From assembly GCF_006345805.1 (NCBI RefSeq), contig NC_043003.1, positions 71,424,001-71,488,000 on the forward strand: 64,000 nucleotides of DNA, read 5' to 3'. Position 1 is the first letter of the stretch, and the number at the start of each line of letters is the position of its first letter. This document shows positions 10,860 through 24,740 of this stretch, piece after piece. Position numbers and translations under genes: made by a program. This DNA comes from Octopus sinensis (taxonomy: Eukaryota). The notes below the pieces were generated by a model. The model made no database searches. It was not told the origin of the DNA and was given only the letters and a program-made list of their open reading frames with translations.

Positions 10860-11926
10860 GTATGCATATAATCATGTTCCATGCTTGCATGGGTTGGACA
10901 AAAATGTTTTTCAGTGCCTACTGGAATCATAATCCAGACACACCATAAATTGTCCAGACATGCTAAACACTAAGGCAATTGTCAATTTATTCATTCTTTC
11001 ACTCATTCATCCATTCATTCATCCATACATACATGTTTTGTGTGTGTGTGTGTGTAATTGCACACACAATTACGGAGAAAGAGAGGGAGAAATGGTAAAG
11101 TGTAACGCATAAATGAAGATCAGAAGAATTCCTTTTTTTCTTTGTTGCAGATTGCAGAAGAGATGGAAAAAGAAAGAAAAATGTTTCAGTTACAAGCATG
11201 TGAAGTAAGTATCTTTAATGACTGGACGGGCATCTGACTGTAAAGCAATGCTTTAGTAATACTTATTCATCTGACCTTTACTACCACTGCAAAATAGACA
11301 ATATAATGAACAAAATATCAGAATGAAAATTGTATTTTTACCATTCAGCTGGTCATTATATTTCTTGACCATCCAACACTGACATCAACAGATCAGCTGT
11401 CCTCTATTATAATGACCATCACTACTGGCATTTCAAGTTTACCAGGTCACTATGTAACTGACCACTAATAACTGATATCTACTTATTGCTAATGTATATG
11501 TAATAAACCCTTAAAGAGAGAGCCCCAGGATGACCACAGTCCAATGACTGAAACAAGAAAAGGATAAAAGATAGATAGTCCCCCAAAACATTTAGTCATG
11601 TGACCCCTAGGCTAATCCCTGCTTTGATAGTGAAAGTGGGCTTAAAACTAGCATTTAATCCAGCCACTTCTGGTCCAGATATTCTCCTGGTTTTATGTTA
11701 AAACTGAGCAGATCCAATGTCTCACACCTACCTTACAAGGTCATTCTAAAAATAAACAACCACATCATAGAAATTGTGAAGCTATGAGAAAATGCATGAT
11801 CAATTCAAAACAATGTGAATAAATAAGGTTTACATTTGACAAAGAAATCTGAATGTTCAACAGTTAAAGTTGTATTTGTGTGGCCTATTCTATCCATATC
11901 AGATACCATAAGCATCCACATAAATC

Positions 11927-14900
11927 TTTGGCATTGCTAGCTTTCCATACTTTGTGATTTTGGCATTGCTAGCTTTCTATACTATGTGATTTTGGCATTG
12001 CTAGCTTTCCATATTTTGTGATTTTGGCATTGCTAGCTTTCCATACTTTGTGATTTTGGCATTGCTAGCTTTCCATACTTTGTGATTTTGGCATTGCTAG
12101 CTCTCCATACTTTGTGATTTTGGCACTGATAGCTTTCCATACTATGTGATTTTGGCACCGCTAGCTTTCCATACTTTGTGATTTTGGCACCGCTGGCTTT
12201 CCATACTTTGTGATTTTGGCACCGCTGGCTTTCCATACTTTGTGATTTTGGCACCGCCGGCATTCCATACTTTGTGATTTTGGCACCGCTGGCCTTCCAT
12301 TTTCGGTGAAAATTTTCGAAAAGTTTTTGGTAAAATTTTCAGAGAAAATTTTCGAAAAAGTTCTGGGGAAAATTTTCGAAAAAGTTTTGGGGAGAATTTT
12401 CGGCAAAAATTTTCGGAAAATTTATGGGGAAAATTTTCGAAAAATCACAGGCCAGCGGTGCCAAAATCACAAAGTATGGAAGGCCAGTGGTGCCAAAATC
12501 ACAAATTATGGAAGGCCAGTGGTGCCAAAATCACAAATTATGGAAGGCCAGTGGTGCCAAAATCACAAAATATGTAAGGCGAGTGGTGCCAAAATCACAA
12601 TGTATGGAAGGCCAGCAGTGCCAAAATCACCAAGTATGGAAGTGATTTGGGCACCGCTGGCTTTCCATTCTTTGTGATTTTGGCACCGCTGGCTTTTACA
12701 TAATTTGTGATTTTAGCACTGTTAGCCTTCCATACTTTGTGATTTTGGCATCGCTGGCTTTCCATACTTTGTGATTTTGGCACCGCTACCTTTTCATACT
12801 TTGTGATTTTGGCGCTGCTAGCTCTCCAAACTTTGTGATTTTGGTGAAAATTTTGGAAAAATATTTGGGTAAAATTTTCGGTCAAAATTTTCGAAAAATT
12901 TTTAAGGAAAATTTTCAGTGAAAAAAAATTTTTTGAAAATTTTCACCGAAAATTTTCGGAAAATTTTCGGGGGAAATTTTCGTTGAAAATCTTCGAAAAA
13001 TTTTTGGAGACAATTCACGGGGGAAATTTTCGAAAAATTTTTTGGTAAAATTTTCAGTGAAAATATTCGAAAAATTTTTTGGTAAAATTTTCGAAAAATC
13101 ACAAGGCCAGCGGTGCCAAAGTCACAAAGTATGGAAGAGCAGTGGTGCCAAAATCTCAAAGTATGGAAGGCCAGAGGTGCCAAAATCACAATGTATGGAA
13201 GGCCAGCGGTGCCAATCCATACTTTGTGATTTTGGCCCCGCTGGCCTTCCATACTTTGTGATTTTGTCATCACTGGCTTTTACATACTTTGTGATTTTGG
13301 CACTGCTAGCCTTCCATACTTTTTGATTTTGGCACCGCTGGCCTTCCATACTTTGTGATTTTGGCACCGCTGGTTTTCCATACTCTATGATTTTGGCACC
13401 GCTACCTTTCCATACTTCGTGATTTTGGCACTGATAGCTTTCTATACTTTGTGATTTTGGGGAAAATTTTCGAAAAATTTTTAAGGAAAGTTTTCCGTGA
13501 AAATTTTCAAAAAATTTTTGGGGGAGATTTTCGAAAAGTTTTTGGTAAAATTTTCAGTGAAAATTTTCGAAAAAGTTTTGGGTAAAATTTTCGGCAAAAA
13601 TTTTCCAAAAATTTTTTGGGGAAAATTATCGGTTAAAATTTTCGAAAAATCACAAGGCCAGCGGTGCCAAAATCACAAAGTATGGAAGGCCAGCGGTGCC
13701 AAAATCACAAAGTATGGAAGGCCAGTGTTGCCAAAATCACAAACTATGGAAGGCGAGTGGTGCCAAAATCACAAAGTATGGAAGGCCAGCGGTGCCAAAA
13801 TCACAAAATATGGAAGGCCAGCGGTGCCAAAATCACAAAGTATGGAAGTGATTTGGGCACCGCTGGCTTTCCATTTTTTGTGATTTTGGCACCGCTGGCC
13901 TTCCATACTTTGTGATTTTGGCACCACTCGCCTTCCATAGTTTGTGATTTTGGCAACACTGGCCTTCCATACTTTGTGATTTTGGCACCGCTGGCCTTCC
14001 ATACTTTGTGATTTTGGCCTTGTGATTTTTCGAAAATTTTAACCGAAAATTTTCCCCAAAAAATTTTTGGAAAATTTTTGCCGAAAATTTTACCCAAAAC
14101 TTTTTCGAAAATTTTCACTGAAAATTTTACCAAAAACTTTTCGAAAATCTCCCCCAAAAATTTTTTGAAAATTTTCACGGAAAACTTTCCTTAAAAATTT
14201 CGAAAATCACAAAGTATGGAAGTGATTTGGGCACCGCTGGCTTTCCATTTTTTGTGATTTTGGCACCGCTGGCCTTCCATACTTTGTGATTTTGGCACCG
14301 CTGGCTTTTACATACTTTGTGATTTTGGCACTGCTAGCCTTCTATACTTTGTGATTTTGGCACCGCTGGCCTTCGATGCTTTGTGATTTTGGCACCGCTG
14401 GCTTTCCATACTTTGTGATTTTGGCACTGAGAGCTTTCTATATATACTTTGTGAATTTGGTTAAAATTTTCGAAAAATTTATGGGTAAAATTTTCGTAAA
14501 ATTTTTAAGGAAAGTTTTCGGTGAAAATTTTCAAAAAGTTTTTGGGGAAAATTTTCGAAAACTTTATGGGTAAAATTTTGGAAAAATTTTTAAGGAAAGT
14601 TTTCGGTGAAAATTTTCAAAAAATTTTTGGGGAAAATTTTCGAAAAATCTTTGGGGGAATTTTCGACAAAAATTTTTGGTGAAAATTTTCGAAAAAGTTT
14701 TGGGGAAAATTTTCGAAAAATTTTTTGGTAAAATTTTCAGTGAAAACTTTCGAAAAAGTTTTGGGGAAGATTTTCGGCAAAAATTTTCGAAACATCTTTG
14801 GGGAAAATTTTCGGTGAAAAGTTTCGAAAATTCACAAGGCCAGCGGTGCCAAAATCATAAAGTATGGAAGGCCAGCAGTGCCAAAATCACAAAGTATGGA

Positions 14901-15321
14901 AGGCCAGTGGTGCCAAAATCACAAAGTATGGAAAGCCAGTGGTGCCAAAATCACAAAGTATGGAAAGCGAGTGGTGCCAAAATCACTTCCATACTTTGTG
15001 ATTTTGGCACCGCTGGCCTTCCATACTTTGTGATTTTGTCACCGCTGGCTTTACCTTCGTTGTGATTTTGGCACTGCTAGCCTTCCATACTTTGTGATTT
15101 TGGCACCGCTGGCCTTCCATACTTTGTGATTTTGGCACCGCTGGCCTTCCATACTTTGTGACTTTGGCACCACTGGCCTTAAATACTTTGTGACTTTGGC
15201 ACCGCTGGCCTTCCATACTTTGTGATTCTGGCATTGCTAGCTTTCCATACTTTGTGATTTTGGCATTGGTAGTTTTCCATACTTTCTGTGAATTTGGCAT
15301 TGCTAGCTTCCCACACTTTGT
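11927..15321. repeat. Compound fold-back satellite: 30-bp unit arrays in alternating orientation separated by AAAATTTTCG-rich blocks
   Basis: Unit TGTGATTTTGGCACCGCTGGCCTTCCATACTT and its reverse complement alternate around four to five AT-rich blocks. Confidence 0.95.
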
Positions 15322-15363
15322 TAGTCTCTCATTTGCAAACTTAAATCTTAAGTATACATTAAC

Positions 15364-15760
15364 ACAGGAGTGGCTGTGTGGTAAGTAGCTTGCTAACCAA
15401 CCACATGGTTCTGGGTTCAGTCTCACTGCGTGGCATCTTGGGCAAGTGTCTTCTGCTACAGCCCCGGGCCGACCAATGCCTTGTGAGTGGATTTGGTAGA
15501 CGGAAACTGAAAGAAGCCCGTCGTATATATGTATATGTGTGTTTGTGTGTCTGTGTTTGTCCCCCCCAAATCGCTTGACAACCGATGCTGGTGTGTTTAC
15601 GTCCCCGTCACTTAGCGGTTCGGCAAAAGAGACCGATAGAATAAGTGCTGGGCTTACAAAGAATAAGTCCCGGGGTCGATTTGCTCGACTAAAGGCGGTG
15701 CTCCAGCATGGCCGCAGTCAAATGACTGAAACAAGTAAAAGAGTAAAAGAGTAAAAGAGT
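15364..15760 (+). mobile_element. Full-length tRNA-derived SINE
   Basis: Same family as 7617-8024. Confidence 0.9.
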
Positions 15761-17560
15761 AACTATATGAAGATATGATCTACTGGTGGTCAGTAATGTA
15801 GTGACTTTGTTTTTAAAAAGACTAATTTCAGAAAAAAAAAAATTATATATATATAAGGTGTTTACATACGACCCATCCCAGTTCTATCGTAAAAACCAAT
15901 ACTCTTTTAATTTGTTTTACTGAATCTCATCTCATCTCACCTCACTTTTTACACTAAACCTATTTAGCAGTCTTTATGTACTCAGCTAACACTAATTGTC
16001 ACAAGTATATGTGCATAATAAGACTTTGCTCATCCATAATTTTTCCTCATTCTTTTAGCAACAAAAAGCCATACTTCAAAACAATGCTATCTCTAGTGTA
16101 TACAGTTTTAGTCTGTTAGTCATATAATATTTCATTATACATTGTGTTTACTTTAATTTCCATAACCTTAGTTGTTAACTACTGCTTGCTGTCTGTTTCA
16201 GTAAATTCCTGAGAGAATTTTTCAAGTCACAATAGCTTATATCTATTTTTATTCATCACATTAAAATCGATTTGATTTATAGTATGTTCATCAGGGAAAC
16301 CCATGTATATGGTTTTCACACATACTGCTTCAAACAAATGTTTGCCATTGTTAAATTGCCTTTCACAGTAAAGCTGATTACTCATTGTCCACTTCCATTG
16401 ATAACAACTGACCTGAATCTTCTAACTATATTTGTTACATGTATTTTAGAATTTCTCACCCTTTCATATAAAATTTTAATGGTTATAACAACATATTATC
16501 AATGACTGATCAATGTAAGGGTCAAATTTCATTTAAGAAATTTCTTTTAGATAAAAAAAACAAGAAAACTTCCAGCTGTCTTTAGAATGAATACCCCATA
16601 TTTCAAATTCCAAATATGAGATCAATGTGTCTGAAAATAAAGTCATCAATTAATAACAAATGCTATGTTTGATTGACAACCTGCTGACTAACTAATTATA
16701 ATTTCTAACAGAGGAAGAATATCAGACATTTGGGGAGAGGAGAGAGGAATTAATCAATTTAATCAATTCCTGGAAAAATTTCCCATCTTGTCCAGCATTT
16801 TAATGATTCTAACACTTCTCTGATAATAATAAGACATCACTGTATAATATTCTCATAGCATTTTATCAAAATTTTGTAAACTGTTCTCTTACAGAAATAT
16901 TTAAGTTTTTTTTCTTCATCTGTTATGATTACTAATTAGGTTAATACATATTTAACAGAGATTTTAATATATAAATAAAAGATCAAGAATAATCAACTTG
17001 GCTAATTAGCAGACAACCAAGGGTTACACTGAGTAAGTGTGTGTTATTATCAAGATCTTGAGTGAGTGACAAGGTGACAAAAGGCCCAGTTCACCTTAAA
17101 CTGCAGAGCAGCAACAGCAACAACAGCCTTACAAATTTTACCAAAGGTTTATTAGCCTGCAGTAGTACTGAGATCAACTCCTGTATCTCTGGAAAGAACT
17201 AACAGTACAGTTAACCAATTCTCTAAACTTATGTTGCAATCAAATCCTCACTTTCATAGGTTGTTTGTGATGTCTAATGTATAACAATCCATTCCACACC
17301 ATTGAATTCATCATATATATATATAAGGAGATGTCTTCCTGGGGCTATAAGCTACAGTAGCATCAACCCTTAAGGGTTAGCCATATTTAGGTGGCAAATA
17401 TACTTCACAATGTCATGCAGCTGCTGTTTATACCTCACTCAGAGATTTATTATTGCTGGTTTCCACTTTTTTGAGATCAGTGACTTTTCGTCACTGAAAA
17501 AAGTATATATATATATATATATATATTTGCATTGAGAACCACTTCCCATCATCAACCGGT

Positions 17561-19699
17561 TTTTTTGCGCCATTTTTCGGAATTTCTGTTACCCTGCTTT
17601 GTGAGTTTGCCTTTGGCTTGTTACCTATTTTGTTGATTTGTGTTTTACATGAATTTGAACTGTTGTCCGTTGTAAGACATTAATTTTTGCCCTACGGGGT
17701 AGCAAATTATTGTGGAACTTAGTTTAAAATATTATTTGTGAAAAATTATTTTTTTACCCATTGACTGGTTGTGTATTCTCTGTAATTTTGTCATTTTTCG
17801 CAAAGTGTTGAAAAAGTTATAACGGAATTCAACATTGAATCCCAAAAAGACTTTCCCAAAATGAGAAAAGGAAATGAAAATTTAAGTCAAAAGGAAAAGG
17901 CTAAACAAAGTTTTTCAGAGACAGTGGGTGGCAACGTCACAGAGCTGGAAATTAAAATGGAACAGTTGTGCAAGTTTTGCAATTTCGTTAAAAAAAGTTA
18001 CGGCAATACAAGACTGTTGCCACCCTCTGAAACACTACAGGCAATAAACGCATGCACTGTAGTGTACAAAATATACAACATAAAGGAAAAGAAAATTAAA
18101 GACACAAAAATGAGATAATAGAGAGGTGCTTGGCACCAATATGGAATTTAATATGCTACATTAGCTGCAGAACAACAAGTGCTACTGTTGAAGCACATTT
18201 CGAAACGGCTAACATAGCCAAAGAAGTCTCAAGAATGATGAAATAATTCTGCTACCCATGTACTTGGGCCGCAGAGCAGCAAAAGTAACAATCGACAAAA
18301 TTCCAGCAGGCAATAAAAACCTGCACCACCTCCGCCCACCCTTTCAGGGACAGCGCCCTTCCAGACCAGATCTGGACTAGGGCCTCCACTCTGCCTGTCA
18401 CCTCACTCCAATTCTTCTTTGTCTTGGAATCTGGTCCAAACCTTACTCCGAGCAACAGGACCATCTGACCATTGTCCCTTACCTTGATTTGTGTCTATGC
18501 AAATTAGTGCAACTTCTCTTCTGCTTTTTGTGGAAGGGAAAACTGCTTGTGAGGCACTCTGTATGCTGCCAAGAACTGCTAAAGGGTGGATTAGGGATGC
18601 CGTGGCTATTGATGTACAGGCATGCACTGAGGCTAAGGCATCTCTGGCTCAACCTGTATGGTGGTCAGGTGTGGAATTCGCTTGCAGGGCCTCCACGACC
18701 GGCCTCCTTCGAGGAATTTACACCCGATTTGATTAAAAGACAGAATATGGCCGAATGGCAAAAAGAATGCTGAAAGGCACTCACACTAATCCACAGGGTG
18801 GGCAAGGCTGGCAGCGGGAATACCACCTCTGTATTTTATAAAGGGATGGTTGAGTATAAGAGTGATGATGTCCTAAAAGAGGCTCTGGGATTCGATGAGA
18901 ACCAGCTAGCCAACCTGTTTCAAAAAACCTTCAGGCCAGGGTATTTAGACAATTACAAAGATCCCTGACCTGGAAGTGTTACAGGGATGCATTACCTGTC
19001 TGTGATAAATTGTCCAGGCATGGAATATCAGTGTCACTGGCATTCCCACGGTGCAGGCAGGATGATGAAACTGTTCTGCACTCTCTTGTACAGTGCCCAG
19101 AGATTTCAGGCTTGATAATTTATGTAGAACACATGTGGTCGCACCTAGGAAGAGTACAGCTATCAGCTGAGTCAGTGATAAAAACTGTACAGCCAACCGG
19201 ACTATCAAAGGAAGGTGAGGCATGTTTTCTGTATATGGTCACAGTAATGAAAGAGTGTGCATGGAGAACCAGAATGCAAGGAATCATGACAGGATCCTTC
19301 AACTCCAACCCTGGTTTGCTATTCTACTTCAGGTACCATCTGAAGAGCAAGATAGGGCTGGAGAGAAGATACCTGTTGCAAAGTATATATAAGAAAAGAT
19401 GGAAGGATGTCGTTAGGAAGTTGGGAGTGACTGTCCCTATTTAATTCCACCCATGGTAGAAGCGAGTTGTAATTGCTGGCCTTCCGGCCATATTTTGTGA
19501 AAATAAGTTTGTGAAAATTGTTTATTTATATATATATGTGATTCATCAAATTTTAAAATATAAACTCATTTTTAATTTATATATATATATATGATTCATC
19601 AAATTTTTAAATATAAACTCACTTAGCATATTTATATGTTTGTAATGTTCTGTATTGACCTTCTTTGTAATACATATTTATCATCATAATAAAAAAAAA
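17561..19699 (+). mobile_element. Tx1/L1-clade LINE remnant with internal deletion and inversion
   Basis: ORF1-like ILLPMYLGRRAAKVTIDKIP (+), post-RT LLGVRFGPD...NWSEV...WSGRALSLKG (- strand, about 18310-18480), FLWKGK...GGLGMP and the PRCRQDDETVLHSLVQC zinc-binding region (+), A-rich tail. Confidence 0.8.
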
Positions 19700-19887
19700 T
19701 AGTGGTTGTCACACACTGATGATGGTAAATATACTTCATGATGTTGTGCAGCTACTGTTTATACCTTGCTCAGAAATTTATTATTGTTTGTTTCCACTTT
19801 TTTGAGATCAGTGACTTTTCATCACCAGAAAAAGTATATATATATATTTGCATTGAGAACCACTTCCTATCGACAACTGGTAGTTGT

Positions 19888-19932
19888 CACATGCTGATGA
19901 CAAGTCAATACCCAGAAACTCGGGTCTGTGTG
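19888..19932 (+). ncRNA. Type I hammerhead, stem II decayed
   Basis: CACATG-CTGATGA-CAAGTCAATACCCA-GAAA-C/TCGG/G-T-C-TGTGTG. The sister copy at 19711 has CACACA-CTGATGA-TGG. Confidence 0.55.
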
Positions 19933-20098
19933 TATCACGTCAGGCTGGAGATGGGAAAGATAACTTCCTTTTGAAAATACTGATAGGGCACAGAAAGCAT
20001 GTCAATAGCCAGCTGGAGGAGATGTCTTCCTGGGGCTACAAGCTACAGTAGCATCAACCCTTAAGGGGTAACCATATTTAGGTGGCAAATATACTTCA

Positions 20099-20147
<49 letters not shown>

Positions 20148-22159
20148 TTCCTTTGCTACAAGAAATGTACACACATTACAACATCCTTAGTAAGGAAAGC
20201 TGTTGAGAATGACATCATACTGCCCATTTCTGTTTTTACAAATCAAAATGTTTCAGCTTTATATAATTTTGTATTTAATAAAACGTTTTAGAATTTTCCA
20301 GAGTAACTTTTAATATTTCATATCTTAACCCAATGTGCATAATGTAAATTGGTTTGCATAATAGTCCACCTCAGATGTTAGCTTATAACAAGTTATGTCT
20401 GTTATACTATACAATATTAATAAAACAGCCATACTCACTTATAGGGTATTGTAGCAGATCATTGTTTAGAATCAAAACTCTGATATTTCTGCCTAGATTA
20501 GGGCATTGTTTTTGGCCATAGTAAACACACCTGACATTAATTTCAAACAATTATATTTGTGGTGGGTATGATAAGTTGTCAGCTGCTTTCAAAGACTTGC
20601 TATTTTGTGCTAAAATGTAGGCAGAACATTCTGAAACATTCTGTTTTCATTGTTTTCTGTTTTTTCTTTTAAGAAATTAGCTTCAATTCAATCTTTTTAC
20701 CAGAGATGTTTAAATGCAACCAAAGGTACTATCTCATGACAGGCCATTAAAAGACTTTTCTTTCACATCACTTTTCTGCATTCGTATCTGATATCATTCC
20801 ATTTCTGTCTTACATCCACACAATGGGAGACAACAAACACAACATATTTTGCATACATACACTTCTTATATAATCCTTCTTCTCTCTTATACTATAATAA
20901 ACAATAAAGATAATATTCGTATATATTTCTCATATCCTCATTTATACTGAACTTTTTCTCCTAGTCATTTCAAGTTTTCTGATAGTCAACTAATGAGAAT
21001 GAACACATTGAGAATATAACATTATCTCTTTGTTATTCATCCTTAAGCATTAGTCTTATATGCAACATTTCCTTTTGCATTACATTTAGTAACATAATTA
21101 TTCTCAATTATTATTGACAACTCTATTTGGTCTCCTATCATTAATTTCTCTTCAACATTTATTCTTAGTTATAGCACAAACTCTTCTAATTATTTATATG
21201 ACATATACTCTTCTAATTATTTATATGGTGTATACTCTTCAACCCAATTTTATACTTGCTACAAAAACATGGATGTCAAATAGACAGAATGAAGAAAAAA
21301 AATTGAATAGAAGACTTAATGCAATACCTGATTTGCTGCCACCACCACCACCACCACCACTTGATCCATAGATGTCTTTAACAGAATCAGGATATTGTTG
21401 CAAAGCTTACTTTTGTATTCTAATCCTGATAAAAAGGACTTTATCATTCAATCATTGGGGTTAGCTAGAATAGGTGTAGGAGTCAATATAAATGAATTTC
21501 GGATGAGGGCCGCCAAAATGCACCTATATAAGAAATTATTGTTGTGGGTCAGGGTGCAATATTTGTGCTTGATTTCGATTAGTCACAATAGTACTTTTTA
21601 TATGTGTAATTCCTAGTAATGTTAATTTATTTTACATGTTATGTACATGTATAAGCCCTTCCTTTAATGGTAGTTACATTGTGAATGGTTAAAAAAAGAA
21701 TTATTTCATCAACCAGAATAAGAAGAAAGTTTTGATATAGAAAAATGCCAATCAAATTAATTCACAGAGATCCTTATTTTCCAAATTTAGAATTCTAAAA
21801 TCCAGAAATGTATAACACACTAATGTAAGCCATCAATACTACTGTCATTTCACACATCCAACCAGCAAAATATTATGTTCAACTATTTTTATTGCATTTG
21901 TCTGAATGGTTCAGTGATTCATTCTGAGATTACTGAAGCAAGAAAGTTCAAATTAATAATAGTCAAGCAAAATAAAAGTGTTCAGGTTATTTTAAAATAC
22001 AGTATCTAGGCTGAAATCAACTCCAGGTAATAAGCCATGTGCTGGATGAGCCAGGAGGTATGTATACACAAAATCAAACTAAAATACAACAGAAATATGT
22101 ACAAACAAATAAGCACTGCTACAACTTTCAGCAGCAATAGTAGTAAAAAAAACATTCAC

Positions 22160-22470
22160 ACAGTAAGAAGCTTGCTTCTCAACCACATGGTTCTGGGTTC
22201 AGTCCCACTGTATGACACCTTGGGCAAGTATATCCCATAAACAAACTTAATTCGTTAAGTGTGTGTGCTTGTCCCCCACCACTGCTTGACAACAGGTGGT
22301 GGTGTGTTCATGTCCCCAATACTTAGCAGTTTGGCAAAAGAGACCAATAGAATAAGTACTAGGCTTCAAAAAATAATAAGTCCTGAGGTTGATTCATTTG
22401 ACTAAGACCCTTCAAGGTGGTTTCCCAGCATAGCTGCAGTCTGATGAGTGAAACAAGTAAAAGATAAAAG
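22160..22470 (+). mobile_element. tRNA-derived SINE (diverged)
   Basis: Same family motifs. Confidence 0.8.
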
Positions 22471-24740
22471 ATATCTAAAATAATTAAATTCTAGTTTTTT
22501 TGTCATTCATTCTGATTCATCGTTTAATACTGTATATGATCATCCCATACATATCATTATCATTAGCAACAGTAGCAATTAATGTCTGTTTTCCATGCTG
22601 GCATGGGTTGTATGGTTTGACGGAAGCTGGTAAGGCTGGGAGTTGCACCAGGTTCAATTGTCTGTTTTGACATGGTTTCTACAGCTAGATGTCCTTCCTA
22701 ATGCCAGCCACCTTACAGAGTAGCCTAGGTGGTTTTTACATGGCACCATCATCATCAGGGTGTGGCTTTGTACCAGATGAAAGATTAAGGGTATAGAGGA
22801 ACAAAGATGGGTGTCTTGCTATAGAGTAGATAATGGATACCTCAGTTGGAAAAGAAAGGAGAGTGAGTTAGGCAATAAGATAGAGAGAGTGATTGTGGGA
22901 GAGATGATGGTGAAGATACGTTATAAATATAAATATATATGTCTGTATGTGTAAAGTAACAGTTTTAGAAAAAAACTATTGGCTTCATATCTAGTGTGAA
23001 CTAAACATATCATCAGTTTCCCAAAACAACAACTGTTCTCTGCAAAGAATGTTTTTTTAAAAACATCATCAGCATCACCCCAATCGTTTTTAATGTTCAC
23101 CATTTCACACTTGCATGGATTGGATGGAATTTGTTGAGAAGGATCTTTTACAACCTGCTGCCATTCCTGTTGCCAACCCTCACCTATTTCCAAGTAAAGT
23201 AATATTCCTCCATGAACAGATATGCTTACACAAATATTTAAATAAAGAACAGCCATTTATAACTATCAAATGATGTTGAGGTAAAGAGATAGTAACACAG
23301 ACACATATATGCACACAAACACATACATACACAAGGCTTTGGTTGGCCTAGGACTATTGTAGAAGATACTTGCCCAAGGTAGTGGGACTGAACCTAGAAT
23401 CACGCAGTTGGGAAACAAGCTTTTTACCAAACAGCTATGCTTGCACCTAAAAGCCATGCCTGCACCTATAGCGACTTATATGTGTGAGTGTGTGTATGTG
23501 TGTCTATGTGTGTGTATGTTTATGTGCATGTGTGTGTATGTGTGTGTGTGTGTGTCTTTGTCTTGACATGAAGGGGATTCATAGAATGATGCTCTAACTT
23601 ACAGCATAACTATTCTAGTGAACTTGTACTGCAGACAACCTCTTTCACTGCAGACATTCAGGTGTAAGATTGTATTGATTGTAATTCTGAAGTTACGACT
23701 TAACCTGAAATCTTTCTGATACACCAAGTTGTAAGAGTGTGAATGACTGGCTGTATGTGGTATCAGTTCAGCATTCGAGAGCATGTTATTTACTGTAATA
23801 GATTTGCATTGTCTCAAAATGCCTGAAGTAATTGTGATAAGAGTAGTTAATGCTTATACAACGAATAAAAATTGTTGATCACCAAATCAATAAAATTAAT
23901 GACCATTTAGTTAAGAACTAGTCATAAGTTGTTCATCTCACATAGTTAAAACTATGTTACAGTTCTATGGCTAACATTATTAACACAATTCTCTAGCTCT
24001 ATAGCTCTACCATATAGTAAAATACTTCACCGTTGTTAATTAATAGCAGCTTTATAAAAGTAACAATTGTTTCAGAAGGATATATCACTAGTTGTTGTTT
24101 TACTTGAAGACCAAGTCTTCAGTGATGTCCCCCACACCATGAAGTTGTAGTAGCAACTATTTATTTATCAGAGATTAATTGTTAAAGTGCTCCTGACATT
24201 TTACTAGCACTTACTTTATTAACCCAGAGAGAATTTAAGGCTGAACCAATTCAAGGAGAATTTGGACTGTGAATGGGACTGAAAAGTTTTTTGCCTGGAA
24301 GCACACTGTTTATAGCAATTTATGACATTAGAGAAGATTGTGCCATGAAAATCTGTTTGATCATGGATGGCTTAGGGTTAAACAACAACAATAGTAGCAG
24401 CAACTAATGGCTGGAATTTTAAAAGATTATATTTGATTGCTAGATTGATTAGTGATTTCAAATGTTAAATGAACATTCATTGTCTGATTAAAAAAAAATT
24501 AATTTCTTATATAAACAAAGATATGTATAACTCAATTGCTGATTTCCTCTCCTCCTAAAATAAATTGTCTTTGAGTCCAATCAAACAAAAGTATATACTA
24601 AACATTATTTACAATTTTAGGTGCCAAGAAAACCTGGAACTTAGGTATTAAGTAATGGATCTTTCTACTTTATCTTTCAGTCTCAGATGAATGGAGTTTA
24701 TTTATGATTATGTAAAGTTAACAAAGAGACAGATATTTAC

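Larger units (their letters stand above)
17327..20100 (+). repeat. ~360-bp tandem unit carrying a type I hammerhead (retrozyme/pLTR-like), interrupted by a Tx1 LINE
   Basis: Homologous blocks at 17327-17560, 19700-19880 and 20018-20100. AAATATACTTCA recurs at 19727 and 20087. Flanked by (TA)n. Confidence 0.7.

Noticed and set aside
10430-10948. Long ORFs rich in C/V/Y/M or T/H/I/Y (also 50239-50648, 55245-55626, 4665-5070)
   Set aside because: They are translations of TA/TG/CA microsatellites and RTE tails, with no splice or domain evidence.
11927-15321. CRISPR-like appearance of ~30-bp repeats
   Set aside because: Units are contiguous without unique spacers, there are no cas genes, and the context is eukaryotic.
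12033-15426. Many overlapping ORFs (PKSQSMEGQRCQNHKVWK, KIFEKF repeats)
   Set aside because: They arise from a stop-poor 30-bp (multiple of 3) satellite unit on both strands and are not evidence of a protein.
22441-22455. CTGATGAGTGAAAC (and a similar minus-strand motif at ~3045) resembling a hammerhead core
   Set aside because: It is a point variant of the SINE tail CAGTCAAATGACTGAAAC, with no stems I or III.
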